From a virus: DNA of 59,707 nt. A program made the translations under genes and the position numbers. The stretch lies in the IMG/VR virus record IMGVR_UViG_3300025381_000002; one strand, 5' to 3'. Shown here piece by piece: positions 40,125 to 49,456 of this stretch; positions within the stretch are counted from its first letter, which is position 1; each line of letters begins with the position of its first letter. The notes below the pieces were generated by a model. The model saw nothing but the letters and a program-made list of their open reading frames with translations, was not told the origin of the DNA and ran no database searches.

Positions 40125-42654
40125 AGACTTTATACCTGAAGATTTTGATGCCTTAATAGCTGCTGCACCTATGGCAGAGAAAGCGGCGTTGCTCAATGTT
40201 ATACAGGAGCTGAATACCCGAAAGGAGCGAGAACGCTCTAAAGTAGATTTTTTGGCTTTTGTAAATTCAGTATGGCCTGAGTTTATTAGTGGGGCGCACC
40301 ATAAGAGGATAGCTAAATTATTTGAAGCAGTTGCTCGTGGTGAGAAGAAAAGGGTTATTATTAACTTAGGGCCGAGGCACGCAGTGCAGGTAGATGAACC
40401 CATACCTACTCCTAAAGGGTGGACTACAATGAAAGACCTTCAAGTAGGGGACTTAGTATTTGGGTCTGATGGAGCGCCCACACGGGTTATAGGAAAATCT
40501 GAAGTGTTTCATAATAGAGAGCTTTATCGCGTGACTACTGATGATGGACATAGTTTAGATGTTGATGGGGAGCATTTATGGACTGTGCGTATGAAGCGAG
40601 GCACCGATGTATTTAGAGACTACACGACTGAACAACTGTGGTTGCGCCAACAAGGGGTAAGAGTAAAGGCGAGTAGAGGGGGAGGAACGCATATACTACC
40701 TGGAAAGTTAACGGCAAAGGTGCGACTACCTATGCTTCCTACGATGCCTATTGCGGCACATAGTACGAAAGACCTGCCTATAGACCCCTATGTATTGGGT
40801 GTTTGGTTAGGAGATGGTGCTTCGGCACAAGGGCACATAACAAGCCATGATAAAGATGCCGTTTACATTCGTGCAGAGTTTGATAGTAGGGGTTATAAAA
40901 CCACAGATCAAAAAACAAAATATTTATTTAGTACCCTAGGGTTAAAAACAAAACTTAGGGACTTAGGGGTATTAAATAACAAACATATTCCAGCAGACTA
41001 TTTATCTGCAAACCCTGAGCAACGTAGAGACTTGTTAAAAGGGTTGATGGACTCCGATGGGAATGTATCTAAAAAAGGGCAATGCTTTTTCTCGCAAAAA
41101 AGTTTAGCATTTATAACTCAAGTACGAGAGTTACTATGTAGCTTGGGGATTAAAAATAGCCTACAGACCACAGAGGCCAAAATATATAATAAAAGTTATG
41201 GGTTGACCCACCGCCTGTCTTTTTATGCTTCTGATATTGCTAATTTACCCAGAAAAGAAGCGCGTACATTAAAAACACCCCCAGCTTTTGGGCGCTATAT
41301 ACAGGTTGAAAAGCTAAACACCGTAGGCGATGTACAGTGTATTAAAGTTTGTAGAGAAGATGGGCTGTTTCTAGCGGGCAAAGGGTATCTAACTACGCAC
41401 AACACTAAGTCTGAATTTGCTTCTTACCTACTTCCAGCGTGGTTCTTAGGGCAGTTTCCTAAGAAAAAAGTTATGCAGATAAGTAATACAGGAGAGTTAG
41501 CTGAAGGCTTTGGTCGTAAGGTGCGTAACTTAGTAGACTCTGATGAATATAGACGCATTTTTCCAGATGTTAAACTTCGCACAGATTCTAAAGCGGCAGG
41601 ACGATGGAATACTAACCACCAAGGGGATTATTTTGCTGCTGGTGTTGGGGGTACTGTAACGGGGCGAGGAGCTGATTTGCTTATTATTGATGACCCTCAT
41701 TCTGAAAACGATGCCGTTATAGCGCAGTATAACCCTGAAATTTACGATAAAGTGTTTAGTTGGTATTCGTCAGGGCCAAGGCAGCGGCTACAACCTGGGG
41801 GGGCTATAATTATCGTTATGACTCGATGGAGTCTCGCGGATTTAACGGGGCAAATATTAGATCACTCTGCTAAAAATGGTGGGGATCAATGGGAAGTGGT
41901 GGAGTTTCCTGCAATAATGCCAAGTGGTAGACCGCTATGGCCTGAATTTTGGAGTGTAGAAGAGCTAGAAGCTGTCAAAGCTGAAATTCCAGTAGGTAAA
42001 TGGCAAGCTCAGTATCAACAACAACCCACATCGGAAGTCACAGCGATTATTAAACGTGAGTGGTGGCAAAAATGGCCTAAAAAAGACCCTCCACCCTGTG
42101 ACTATGTACTTATGTCCATGGATACAGCGTTTGAAAAGAAAACAAGTGCTGATTATAGTGCCATTGTTATCTTTGGGGTTTGGAGTAACCCAGAAGATGG
42201 AGATCAACCTAACTTAATTTTATTGGAGGCATGGCGGGATAGGCTTGAGTTTCCTGATTTAAAAATTAAAACGCTAGAGATGTACGAAGAATGGCAACCT
42301 GATGGGATAATAATAGAGAAAAAAGCATCTGGAGCGCCCCTTATATATGAGCTTAGACGCATGGGCATACCTGCACAGGAGTTTACTCCCTCTCGTGGAC
42401 AGGATAAAATTTCTAGGCTTAACGCTATATCGGATATATTTGCTTCAGGTAAAGTATGGACTCCTGCTACACGTTGGGCAGACGAGGTTATTAATGAGGT
42501 AGCGTCCTTTCCTTCTGGTCGTAACGATGATTTTGTTGACGCTGTCAGTTTAGCATTATCTAGGTTTCGTTCTGGGGGGCTTATTAGTTCTGCTAAAGAT
42601 AAAGATATGGATGACAACCTTTGGTCATATAGAAGAAAGGCCAATTACTACTAA
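40117..42654 (+). CDS. terL: Terminase large subunit precursor (504-aa TerL plus 341-aa intein)
   Basis: The P-loop region is INLGPRH / TKSEFASYLLPAWFLGQFP, and Walker B is LLIIDDPHSEND. Nuclease motifs are MSMDTAFEKKTSADYSAIV and NDDFVDAVSLAL. Confidence 0.9.
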   Translation: MLEDFIPEDFDALIAAAPMAEKAALLNVIQELNTRKERERSKVDFLAFVNSVWPEFISGAHHKRIAKLFEAVARGEKKRVIINLGPRHAVQVDEPIPTPKGWTTMKDLQVGDLVFGSDGAPTRVIGKSEVFHNRELYRVTTDDGHSLDVDGEHLWTVRMKRGTDVFRDYTTEQLWLRQQGVRVKASRGGGTHILPGKLTAKVRLPMLPTMPIAAHSTKDLPIDPYVLGVWLGDGASAQGHITSHDKDAVYIRAEFDSRGYKTTDQKTKYLFSTLGLKTKLRDLGVLNNKHIPADYLSANPEQRRDLLKGLMDSDGNVSKKGQCFFSQKSLAFITQVRELLCSLGIKNSLQTTEAKIYNKSYGLTHRLSFYASDIANLPRKEARTLKTPPAFGRYIQVEKLNTVGDVQCIKVCREDGLFLAGKGYLTTHNTKSEFASYLLPAWFLGQFPKKKVMQISNTGELAEGFGRKVRNLVDSDEYRRIFPDVKLRTDSKAAGRWNTNHQGDYFAAGVGGTVTGRGADLLIIDDPHSENDAVIAQYNPEIYDKVFSWYSSGPRQRLQPGGAIIIVMTRWSLADLTGQILDHSAKNGGDQWEVVEFPAIMPSGRPLWPEFWSVEELEAVKAEIPVGKWQAQYQQQPTSEVTAIIKREWWQKWPKKDPPPCDYVLMSMDTAFEKKTSADYSAIVIFGVWSNPEDGDQPNLILLEAWRDRLEFPDLKIKTLEMYEEWQPDGIIIEKKASGAPLIYELRRMGIPAQEFTPSRGQDKISRLNAISDIFASGKVWTPATRWADEVINEVASFPSGRNDDFVDAVSLALSRFRSGGLISSAKDKDMDDNLWSYRRKANYY
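40381..41403 (+). mobile_element. LAGLIDADG intein in the TerL P-loop with class-3 (W/C/T) signatures
   Basis: Starts AVQVDEPIPTPKGW, with Ala where Cys1 would be. Block B is DGEHLW, with Trp at 40579-40581. LAGLIDADG motifs are LGVWLGDGAS and LLKGLMDSDGNV. Block F is DVQCIKV, with Cys at 41338-41340. It ends YLTTHN followed by Thr+1. Confidence 0.8.
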
Positions 42655-42657
42655 GGT

Positions 42658-42852
42658 ATGAAGTGTCGTATAAAACTATTGGTGGGCGTGTGCGGGGCAT
42701 TAATGACTTCCTGCACAAATTTTACTTGCAGCCCGTCTTTATTTCCTATATACGATAATGGTATAACAGAACAAACTATAGTTAATCCTACTGGGATTAT
42801 GTTTAAACTTAATTGTAGAGAGGTAATAGCATGTCAATCGGACAACAAATAG
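42658..42852 (+). CDS. Small putative lipoprotein
   Basis: MKCRIKLLVGVCGALMTSC is a signal peptide with a lipobox-like LMTSC. The protein is 64 aa and lies beside the lysis genes. Confidence 0.4.
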   Translation: MKCRIKLLVGVCGALMTSCTNFTCSPSLFPIYDNGITEQTIVNPTGIMFKLNCREVIACQSDNK

Positions 42853-43172
42853 AAGCAGCCGCCATTTCAACCTTTGTAGATTTAATAGGCCACGGTAGTG
42901 TATTTACAAGAATTGTTAGTGAGATCGAAAGAACTAATGCAGCAATGCCAAGCGCTACTGGCAAAGATAAACGAGCTAAAGTATTGGCCGATCTTGATAT
43001 TATATTTGATGATTTGATAGAACCTATTGCTAAAAATATTATTAATCTTCTAATCGAGTTAGGTGTTGCATACACGTACGCGCAAAACCCAATACTAGGA
43101 CAAGTTGCCCAGCAGGTTGGTAACGTAGTTACTAATGAACTTAACGCATCAAACCGACCAGAATTAGTATGA
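42831..43172 (+). CDS. Hypothetical protein (lysis-cluster neighbour)
   Basis: A 113-aa ORF that overlaps both neighbours. Confidence 0.45.
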   Translation: MSIGQQIEAAAISTFVDLIGHGSVFTRIVSEIERTNAAMPSATGKDKRAKVLADLDIIFDDLIEPIAKNIINLLIELGVAYTYAQNPILGQVAQQVGNVVTNELNASNRPELV

Positions 43173-43516
43173 GCCTAGAACCTTATGATTTAGTTAAAGC
43201 CATGCTGATGTGCCTGGTTGTTGGTGCGATTGGGTTGCTTATTGGTGCAGAAGCAAAAGCGTCTACATGTAGAAGCCCTGCAGTTAAACATCAATTTGAT
43301 GTGCAACAAGGTTATCCTCATGGTCGTAAAGGGTACATAGTCGATCATATTTGTGCATTAGCCCAAGGTGGCCTTGATTCTACGATTAATATGCAGTATC
43401 AGACTATCGCTGAAAGCCATGCTAAAGATAAGATAGAGAACACCACAAAAGGTAAGGAATTATACTGCACTCCTTTTAATTCTACCCCTACTCGCCAAGT
43501 ATTTAATTGCAAATGA
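43169..43516 (+). CDS. Exported HNH-motif protein
   Basis: N-terminal TM/signal AMLMCLVVGAIGLLIGAEAKA, then GYIVDHICALAQGGLDSTINMQYQTIAESHAKDKIEN (the DH...GG.D..N.Q.Q...KD..E family pattern). Confidence 0.55.
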   Translation: MSLEPYDLVKAMLMCLVVGAIGLLIGAEAKASTCRSPAVKHQFDVQQGYPHGRKGYIVDHICALAQGGLDSTINMQYQTIAESHAKDKIENTTKGKELYCTPFNSTPTRQVFNCK

Positions 43517-43959
43517 ATTTAAAAAAACAATTAGAGTTTGAAGAAGGAAGGAAGTTAAAAGCCTATACCTGCTCTATGGGACATAAAACCATTGGTATTG
43601 GTCATAACCTTGATGTCAAACCTGCGTTTAACGGTCAACGCATCCCAGATATAATTAGTGATCAGGTATGTGATCTTATTTTTGATCGTGACCTTAACGA
43701 TACAATTACACAACTTAATTTTGTTTGGTTAGCCAATACTAAATTAGACCCTGCTAGGAGAGACGCTGTTATTAATATGTGTTTTCAATTAGGTGTTAAT
43801 GGGGCTATGAAATTCAAACTAATGCTTAACGCACTAGAAAGATCCGATTGGGTAGCTGCAAAAGCACACGCCTTAGATAGTTCGTGGGCGAAACAAACAC
43901 CTGAACGCGCAGAGCGAGTAGCTGAGCAATTATTAACTGGAACTTACTATAAAGTTTAA
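43507..43959 (+). CDS. GH24 (T4-type) lysozyme / endolysin
   Basis: FEEGRKLKAYTCSMGHKTIGIGH, RRDAVINMCFQLG and WAKQTPERAERVAEQLLTGTY align with the T4 lysozyme blocks. Confidence 0.85.
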   Translation: MQMNLKKQLEFEEGRKLKAYTCSMGHKTIGIGHNLDVKPAFNGQRIPDIISDQVCDLIFDRDLNDTITQLNFVWLANTKLDPARRDAVINMCFQLGVNGAMKFKLMLNALERSDWVAAKAHALDSSWAKQTPERAERVAEQLLTGTYYKV

Positions 43960-43971
43960 TAGGACGCATAA

Positions 43972-46572
43972 ATGATAGATAAAAGTATGAACCCTGCTCC
44001 ACAAGGCATAGCTAGTTTGGCAGGAGCAGAACCTGACCTTGAGGTTGAGATCGAAAACCCAGACGATGTGACTATGAGCATTGGTGGAATCGAGATTGAT
44101 CTAATGCCTGATCGTGAGGATGATTCGTTTAATGATAACTTGGCTGAATATCTAAGTGATTCCGAACTTCAAATGCTGGCAGGAGAGCTGCTCGCTGATT
44201 TTGATGATGATATTGCTTCAAGAAAAGATTGGATAACGACATATACTGACGGCATAGAACTGCTAGGTATGAAGATCGAGGAAAGATCGGAACCTTGGGA
44301 AGGTGCTTGTGGTGTGTATCATCCACTTTTATCTGAAGCAATTGTTAAGTTTCAAGCTGAAACGATGATGTCCTCTTTTCCAGCAGCGGGCCCTGTACGA
44401 ACTCAGATTATAGGCAAAGAAACGCAAGATAAAAAAGATTCAGCAGCTCGTGTTCAAGATGATATGAACTATCAGTTAACTGATGTAATGAACGAGTTTA
44501 GACCCGAGCATGAGCGTATGCTTTGGGGATTAGGTATGTCAGGTAATGCTTTTAAAAAGGTATATTTTGATCCGCATCTTGATCGTCAAATATCTGTATT
44601 TGTTACAGCAGAAGATTTGGTTGTCCCTTATGGGGCAATGAACTTGCAACAAGCTGAACGTGTAACACATGTTATGCGTAAAACAGAAAATGAGTTACGT
44701 AGGTTGCAGGTAGCGGGGTTTTATAGTGACGTTGATCTTGGTGAACCAAGTAGCTCATTAGATGATGTAGAAAAGAAAATAGCTGAAAAGATGGGTTTTA
44801 GAGCAACCTCTGATGATCGGTACAAAATTTTAGAAATGCACGTTGATTTAGATTTACCTGGGTTTGAACATGAAGAAGATGGGGAAGCTACGGGTATTGC
44901 ATTGCCTTATGTTGTCACTATTGAAAAAGGTACAAGCGCAGTTCTTTCTATTAGAAGAAATTGGGAACAAGATGATAAGTTATATAAGAAGCGTCAGCAT
45001 TTTGTGCATTACGGGTATGTTCCTGGGTTTGGTTTTTATTGCTTCGGGCTTATACATCTTGTTGGCGCTTTTGCTAAGTCAAGCACTTCGCTTATTAGAC
45101 AACTTGTGGATGCAGGCACACTCTCTAATTTACCGGGAGGATTTAAAACCAGAGGGATGAGAGTAAAAGGGGATGATACACCAATTGCTCCTGGTGAATG
45201 GCGGGATGTAGATGTACCGTCAGGAACTATGCGAGACAACTTTGTACCATTACCTTATAAAGAACCTAGTCAAACATTGATGACGCTATTAGGACAAATT
45301 GTTGATGAAGGAAGACGGTTTGCTAATGCGGCGGATTTAGAAATTTCCGATATGTCAGGACAAGCACCTGTAGGAACAACACTTGCTATCCTTGAAAGAA
45401 ACACTAAAGCCATGTCAGCTATTATGGCTAGAGTTCATTATGCCTTTAAACAAGAACTAGGGCTACTTAAAGGCATTATTGCTGCATATACCCCTGAAGA
45501 TTATGAGTATGACCCAGAGGTGGGTAACAGGAGAGCTAAAAAGTCAGATTACGATATGGTTGAAGTTATACCCGTATCTGATCCTAATGCCTCTACAATG
45601 GCTCAAAAAATTGTACAGTACCAAGCGGTTCTCCAACTGGCTCAGTCTGCTCCTCAAATCTATAATATGCCGTTATTACATAGGCAGATGTTAGATGTGT
45701 TGGGCGTTAAAGAAGCGCATAAGTTAATACCTATGGATGAGGATCAAAAACCAACTGATCCTGTTACAGAAAATCAAAATATGTTAGCTATGAAACCTGT
45801 TAAGGCGTTTGTAGCGCAAGATCATAAGGCTCATATTGCGGTTCACATGGCTGCGATGCAAGACCCTAAAATACAGCAACTACTTCAAAGCAACCCTGCT
45901 GCTCCTCAAATAGCGGCATTGGCTCAAGCGCATATTGCTGAACATTTAGGGTTTGAATATCGTATACAAATCGAACAACAATTAGGATTCAATCTCCCTG
46001 CACAAAAAGATGAGTCTGGGGAAGACCAACACATGTCACCAGATGTTGAAGCTCGATTAGCCCCATTGATCGCCCAAGCTGCGCAACAGTTATTGCAAAA
46101 AAACCAAGGTGAAGCTGCGCAACAACAAGCGCAACAACAAGCGCAAGACCCGCTTGTTCAAATGCAACAACAAGAGTTGCAACTCAAACAGCAAGAGCAA
46201 CAACGAAAAGCTCAAAAAGATCAAACTGATGCACAAATAAAAATGCAACAGCTTCAGATTGAAAGAGAACGTATTCAAGCTCAGCAACAAACTGCTGCAG
46301 AGCAAACTAGAGTAACGGCTTTAACTAATGCGGCTAAACTTGAAGCAACTAAAACAAATGATGCCAGCAAAATAAAAGTACAGGCGCTGACAGAAGCTGC
46401 AAAACTTACAACTGAAAACAAAAGAGCAGCTATTGATACGAAAGTCGATACTTTAAAAACAGCAGCTCAATTAGCTGAACAAAAACGCCAACATGATACT
46501 CGTCTTGCTCATGAAGGTATGCAAAATGCACTAGATCGTAGTCAACAAAATAAACCAATAGAAGGTGAATAA
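43972..46572 (+). CDS. Portal protein with a long Gln-rich coiled-coil C-terminal extension
   Basis: 866 aa, positioned between the terminase/lysis genes and the scaffold/capsid genes. The last ~170 aa are heptad-like and Q/K/E-rich. Confidence 0.7.
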   Translation: MIDKSMNPAPQGIASLAGAEPDLEVEIENPDDVTMSIGGIEIDLMPDREDDSFNDNLAEYLSDSELQMLAGELLADFDDDIASRKDWITTYTDGIELLGMKIEERSEPWEGACGVYHPLLSEAIVKFQAETMMSSFPAAGPVRTQIIGKETQDKKDSAARVQDDMNYQLTDVMNEFRPEHERMLWGLGMSGNAFKKVYFDPHLDRQISVFVTAEDLVVPYGAMNLQQAERVTHVMRKTENELRRLQVAGFYSDVDLGEPSSSLDDVEKKIAEKMGFRATSDDRYKILEMHVDLDLPGFEHEEDGEATGIALPYVVTIEKGTSAVLSIRRNWEQDDKLYKKRQHFVHYGYVPGFGFYCFGLIHLVGAFAKSSTSLIRQLVDAGTLSNLPGGFKTRGMRVKGDDTPIAPGEWRDVDVPSGTMRDNFVPLPYKEPSQTLMTLLGQIVDEGRRFANAADLEISDMSGQAPVGTTLAILERNTKAMSAIMARVHYAFKQELGLLKGIIAAYTPEDYEYDPEVGNRRAKKSDYDMVEVIPVSDPNASTMAQKIVQYQAVLQLAQSAPQIYNMPLLHRQMLDVLGVKEAHKLIPMDEDQKPTDPVTENQNMLAMKPVKAFVAQDHKAHIAVHMAAMQDPKIQQLLQSNPAAPQIAALAQAHIAEHLGFEYRIQIEQQLGFNLPAQKDESGEDQHMSPDVEARLAPLIAQAAQQLLQKNQGEAAQQQAQQQAQDPLVQMQQQELQLKQQEQQRKAQKDQTDAQIKMQQLQIERERIQAQQQTAAEQTRVTALTNAAKLEATKTNDASKIKVQALTEAAKLTTENKRAAIDTKVDTLKTAAQLAEQKRQHDTRLAHEGMQNALDRSQQNKPIEGE

Positions 46573-46760
46573 TGGATGCGTTTGAGGTAATTACTTTTCA
46601 AATAAACGAGCAAATACAAAATGTAAACGAGGCAATTACATCGGGTCGCCCAGGCACCTTTGATGAGTATAAAAGACTCTGCGGAGAGGTTCGAGGTCTA
46701 CTCTTTGCTAGAGATATAGTAAAAGACCTTAAAAATAAAATGGAAAACTCAGATGACTAA
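46572..46760 (+). CDS. Hypothetical protein
   Basis: A 62-aa ORF coupled to the portal stop codon. Confidence 0.45.
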   Translation: MDAFEVITFQINEQIQNVNEAITSGRPGTFDEYKRLCGEVRGLLFARDIVKDLKNKMENSDD

Positions 46761-47181
46761 AACGGTACAAAAAATATTGGTAGGCACAAACCCTTCCAAT
46801 CCGCAGGTAGTTGGCGCGATTGATTTAGAGGCAAGTGCTGAAGAGAAAGCAACACAATTACCCACACCGTCAGGATACCACATATTATGTGCCGTTCCAG
46901 ATGTCGAAAAAGAGTATGACAGTGGCATTATTAAAGCTGATATGACTGTTAGGCATGACGAGGTCTTAGCAACAGTTCTTTTTGTAGTTGCGGTAGGCCC
47001 TGATGCTTATAAAGATAGCTCAAGATTTCCAAGCGGGCCTTGGTGCAAAGTAGGAGACTTTATTCTTGTTAGACCTAATGCGGGCTCTCGAATAGATATA
47101 CATGGCAAGGAGTTTCGTCTTATTAATGATGATACCCCAGAAGCAGTTGTTTTAGACCCTCGTGGCATTAAACGTAAATAA
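46753..47181 (+). CDS. GroES/Cpn10-like protein (candidate)
   Basis: HILCAVPDVEKEYDSGIIKAD...ATVLFVVAVGPDAY...CKVGDFILVRPNAGSRIDIHGKEFRLINDDTPEAVV follows the GroES strand pattern by eye. Confidence 0.4.
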   Translation: MTKTVQKILVGTNPSNPQVVGAIDLEASAEEKATQLPTPSGYHILCAVPDVEKEYDSGIIKADMTVRHDEVLATVLFVVAVGPDAYKDSSRFPSGPWCKVGDFILVRPNAGSRIDIHGKEFRLINDDTPEAVVLDPRGIKRK

Positions 47182-48100
47182 GGAACAGTCCATGTTAGCA
47201 CAATTTAATGATGAATATAAATTTCCAGACGAAGTAGAAAACGAATCGTACGGTATAGAAATTGAAATAGAAGATGACACACCAGAAGAAGATCGTGGTC
47301 GTCAACCTATGCCTAAACATATTGTAGAAGACTTAGATAATGATGAGTTGGAAGAATATGATGAAAGTGTTAAGCAAAAGCTTAAACAACTTAAAAAAGT
47401 TTGGCATGATGAGCGCAGAGAAAAAGAACAAGCTCTACGCGAACAGCAAGAATCTATTACTTTATCAAAAAGATTATATGAAGAAAATCAAAAGTTACGA
47501 TCTGCATATAGTACAGGTGAGAAAGAATACATAAGCACATCACAGCAAGCTGCTCAAATGGAAGTAGACGCTGCAAAAAGATTGTATCGTGAAGCGTATG
47601 AATCAGGTGATACCGATGGGATCATTGACGCGCAAGAAAAGTTGCAGTTTGCTAACTTAAAAATGATACGTGCAAATAATTTAAAAGAAACTACTTTACA
47701 ACAGACAGAGTTTCCTGTACAAAGTGGGCGAGAAGAATATCAGCAACCCACTCCTCAAATAAACCCCAAAGATGCAGCGTGGCAAGAACGCAATAAGTGG
47801 TTTGGAGAAGATGAGGAGATGACATCTGCCGCGTTAGGTTTACATAATAAACTTGTTAATAACGGTATGATTGCTGGATCAGATGAATACTACAGCACAT
47901 TGGACAAAACAATGCGCAAAAGATTTAGTGAGTATTTTGGGGAACCTAAAGCAAAACCATCAACAGTAGTTGCGCCCGGTTCTCGTAGCACAAATTCCAA
48001 TAAAATAAGACTAAGTCAGAGCCAAGTCCAGATAGCAAAGAAACTGGGCATAAGCCCTGAAGTATACGCAAAAGAAGTTTTAAAATTGGAGATTAAATAA
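47162..48100 (+). CDS. Scaffolding protein (candidate)
   Basis: Acidic, helical/coiled-coil composition, lying between the portal and capsid genes. An alternative start is at 47192. Confidence 0.5.
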   Translation: MALNVNKEQSMLAQFNDEYKFPDEVENESYGIEIEIEDDTPEEDRGRQPMPKHIVEDLDNDELEEYDESVKQKLKQLKKVWHDERREKEQALREQQESITLSKRLYEENQKLRSAYSTGEKEYISTSQQAAQMEVDAAKRLYREAYESGDTDGIIDAQEKLQFANLKMIRANNLKETTLQQTEFPVQSGREEYQQPTPQINPKDAAWQERNKWFGEDEEMTSAALGLHNKLVNNGMIAGSDEYYSTLDKTMRKRFSEYFGEPKAKPSTVVAPGSRSTNSNKIRLSQSQVQIAKKLGISPEVYAKEVLKLEIK

Positions 48101-48555
48101 TGACTACTAACCCTATAAACAAAATTACTCGTGCATCAGAAACCAGAGCGTTGACAGAGCGTCCTAAGCAGTGGATGCCCCCAGAAGCACTCCCTGAGCC
48201 CGACAAACAGGCTGGGTACACATATAGATGGATTCGCGTAGCAATGCTAAACAAGGCTGACCCTAGCAATATTTCTAAATCATTGCGTGAAGGTTGGGAA
48301 CCTGTGAAGATTGAAGAGCAACCACAATACACACTGTTAGCCTCTCGTGAAGGTCATTTTAAAGACAACATCGAGATTGGCGGGTTATTACTTTGCAAGA
48401 TACCTACTGAATTCATGCAACAACGTAGTGCATACTACAACAACATGACTAATCAGCAGGCAGAAGCAGTGGATAATAGTTTTATGAGAGAGAATGACGC
48501 TCGTATGCCTTTATTTAAAGATCGCAAATCGAGTGTATCTTTCGGAAATGGTTAA
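48100..48555 (+). CDS. Head-module hypothetical protein
   Basis: 151 aa containing GYTYRWIRV...LREGWEPV. Confidence 0.5.
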   Translation: MTTNPINKITRASETRALTERPKQWMPPEALPEPDKQAGYTYRWIRVAMLNKADPSNISKSLREGWEPVKIEEQPQYTLLASREGHFKDNIEIGGLLLCKIPTEFMQQRSAYYNNMTNQQAEAVDNSFMRENDARMPLFKDRKSSVSFGNG

Positions 48556-48574
48556 TTAATTTTAGGAGTTTACA

Positions 48575-49441
48575 ATGGCTTATCCTGTTATTTCGGCCTC
48601 TTACGGCCTAAAGCCAGTTAATGAAATCGGCGGCCTACCTTACGCGGGTTCTACTCGCATGGTACCGATAGCAACTGGTTATGCTGCAAACATTTTCTTC
48701 GGTGACGTTGTTAAAATGTCTGCAGGTACTGTAATTCAAGATACTTATACCCCAGCAACCGCACCTACTACACCAATCCCAGGTGTTATTGGTATTTTTG
48801 TAGGTTGTGAATATACTTTAGCTGCAACGGGCCAACGTATCCGTGCGCAATACTGGCCTTCTGGTACTGTTGCTCAAGACGCTGTTGCTTATGTTGTTGA
48901 TGATCCACGTGTAGTTATTAAAGTAGTTATGGGTTCACAAGCAACAGCCTTGGCTAATACTTCTTCAGGTGTGGGTTATGCTTCACAACAATTTGTTGGC
49001 ACTAACGTATATCCTTTATATGGTAATACTGGCAACACTTTAACTGGTGATTCTGCTGTTTCTGTATCTGGTGGTGTTGTTACTAATGGTACTGGTAATA
49101 CTCGTGTTATAGCTGCTGCTCCTTTACGTGTTGTTGGTTTAGTTCCTGAAACTGCTGTTACTGTTGCTGCTACAGCTTCTACTTCTGGATCAAGTACTAC
49201 TGTAACTCTGACCGCTGCTAATACTGTTATCCAAGCTGGTATGCAATTAATTGCTCCATCTGGTACTGGTTCTTTAGCTGGTAACTATATCACTGTTACT
49301 AACGTAAATGGGGTAACTTTAACTGTATCTAGCGCTATTACTTTGGCATCAGGTACTGCAGTTACTTTTGTGGGCTACCCTGAAATTTTGGTAACTTGGA
49401 ATAACACTTTCCATAGTTATACAAACGTAGCTGGCATTTAA
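48575..49441 (+). CDS. Abundant capsid-associated beta protein (decoration/cement candidate)
   Basis: 288 aa with a strong RBS (AGGAG). It lies directly upstream of the capsid gene and has a Thr/Val/Ala/Gly-rich C-terminal half. Confidence 0.45.
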   Translation: MAYPVISASYGLKPVNEIGGLPYAGSTRMVPIATGYAANIFFGDVVKMSAGTVIQDTYTPATAPTTPIPGVIGIFVGCEYTLAATGQRIRAQYWPSGTVAQDAVAYVVDDPRVVIKVVMGSQATALANTSSGVGYASQQFVGTNVYPLYGNTGNTLTGDSAVSVSGGVVTNGTGNTRVIAAAPLRVVGLVPETAVTVAATASTSGSSTTVTLTAANTVIQAGMQLIAPSGTGSLAGNYITVTNVNGVTLTVSSAITLASGTAVTFVGYPEILVTWNNTFHSYTNVAGI

Positions 49442-49456
49442 TTAGGAGATTAACAC

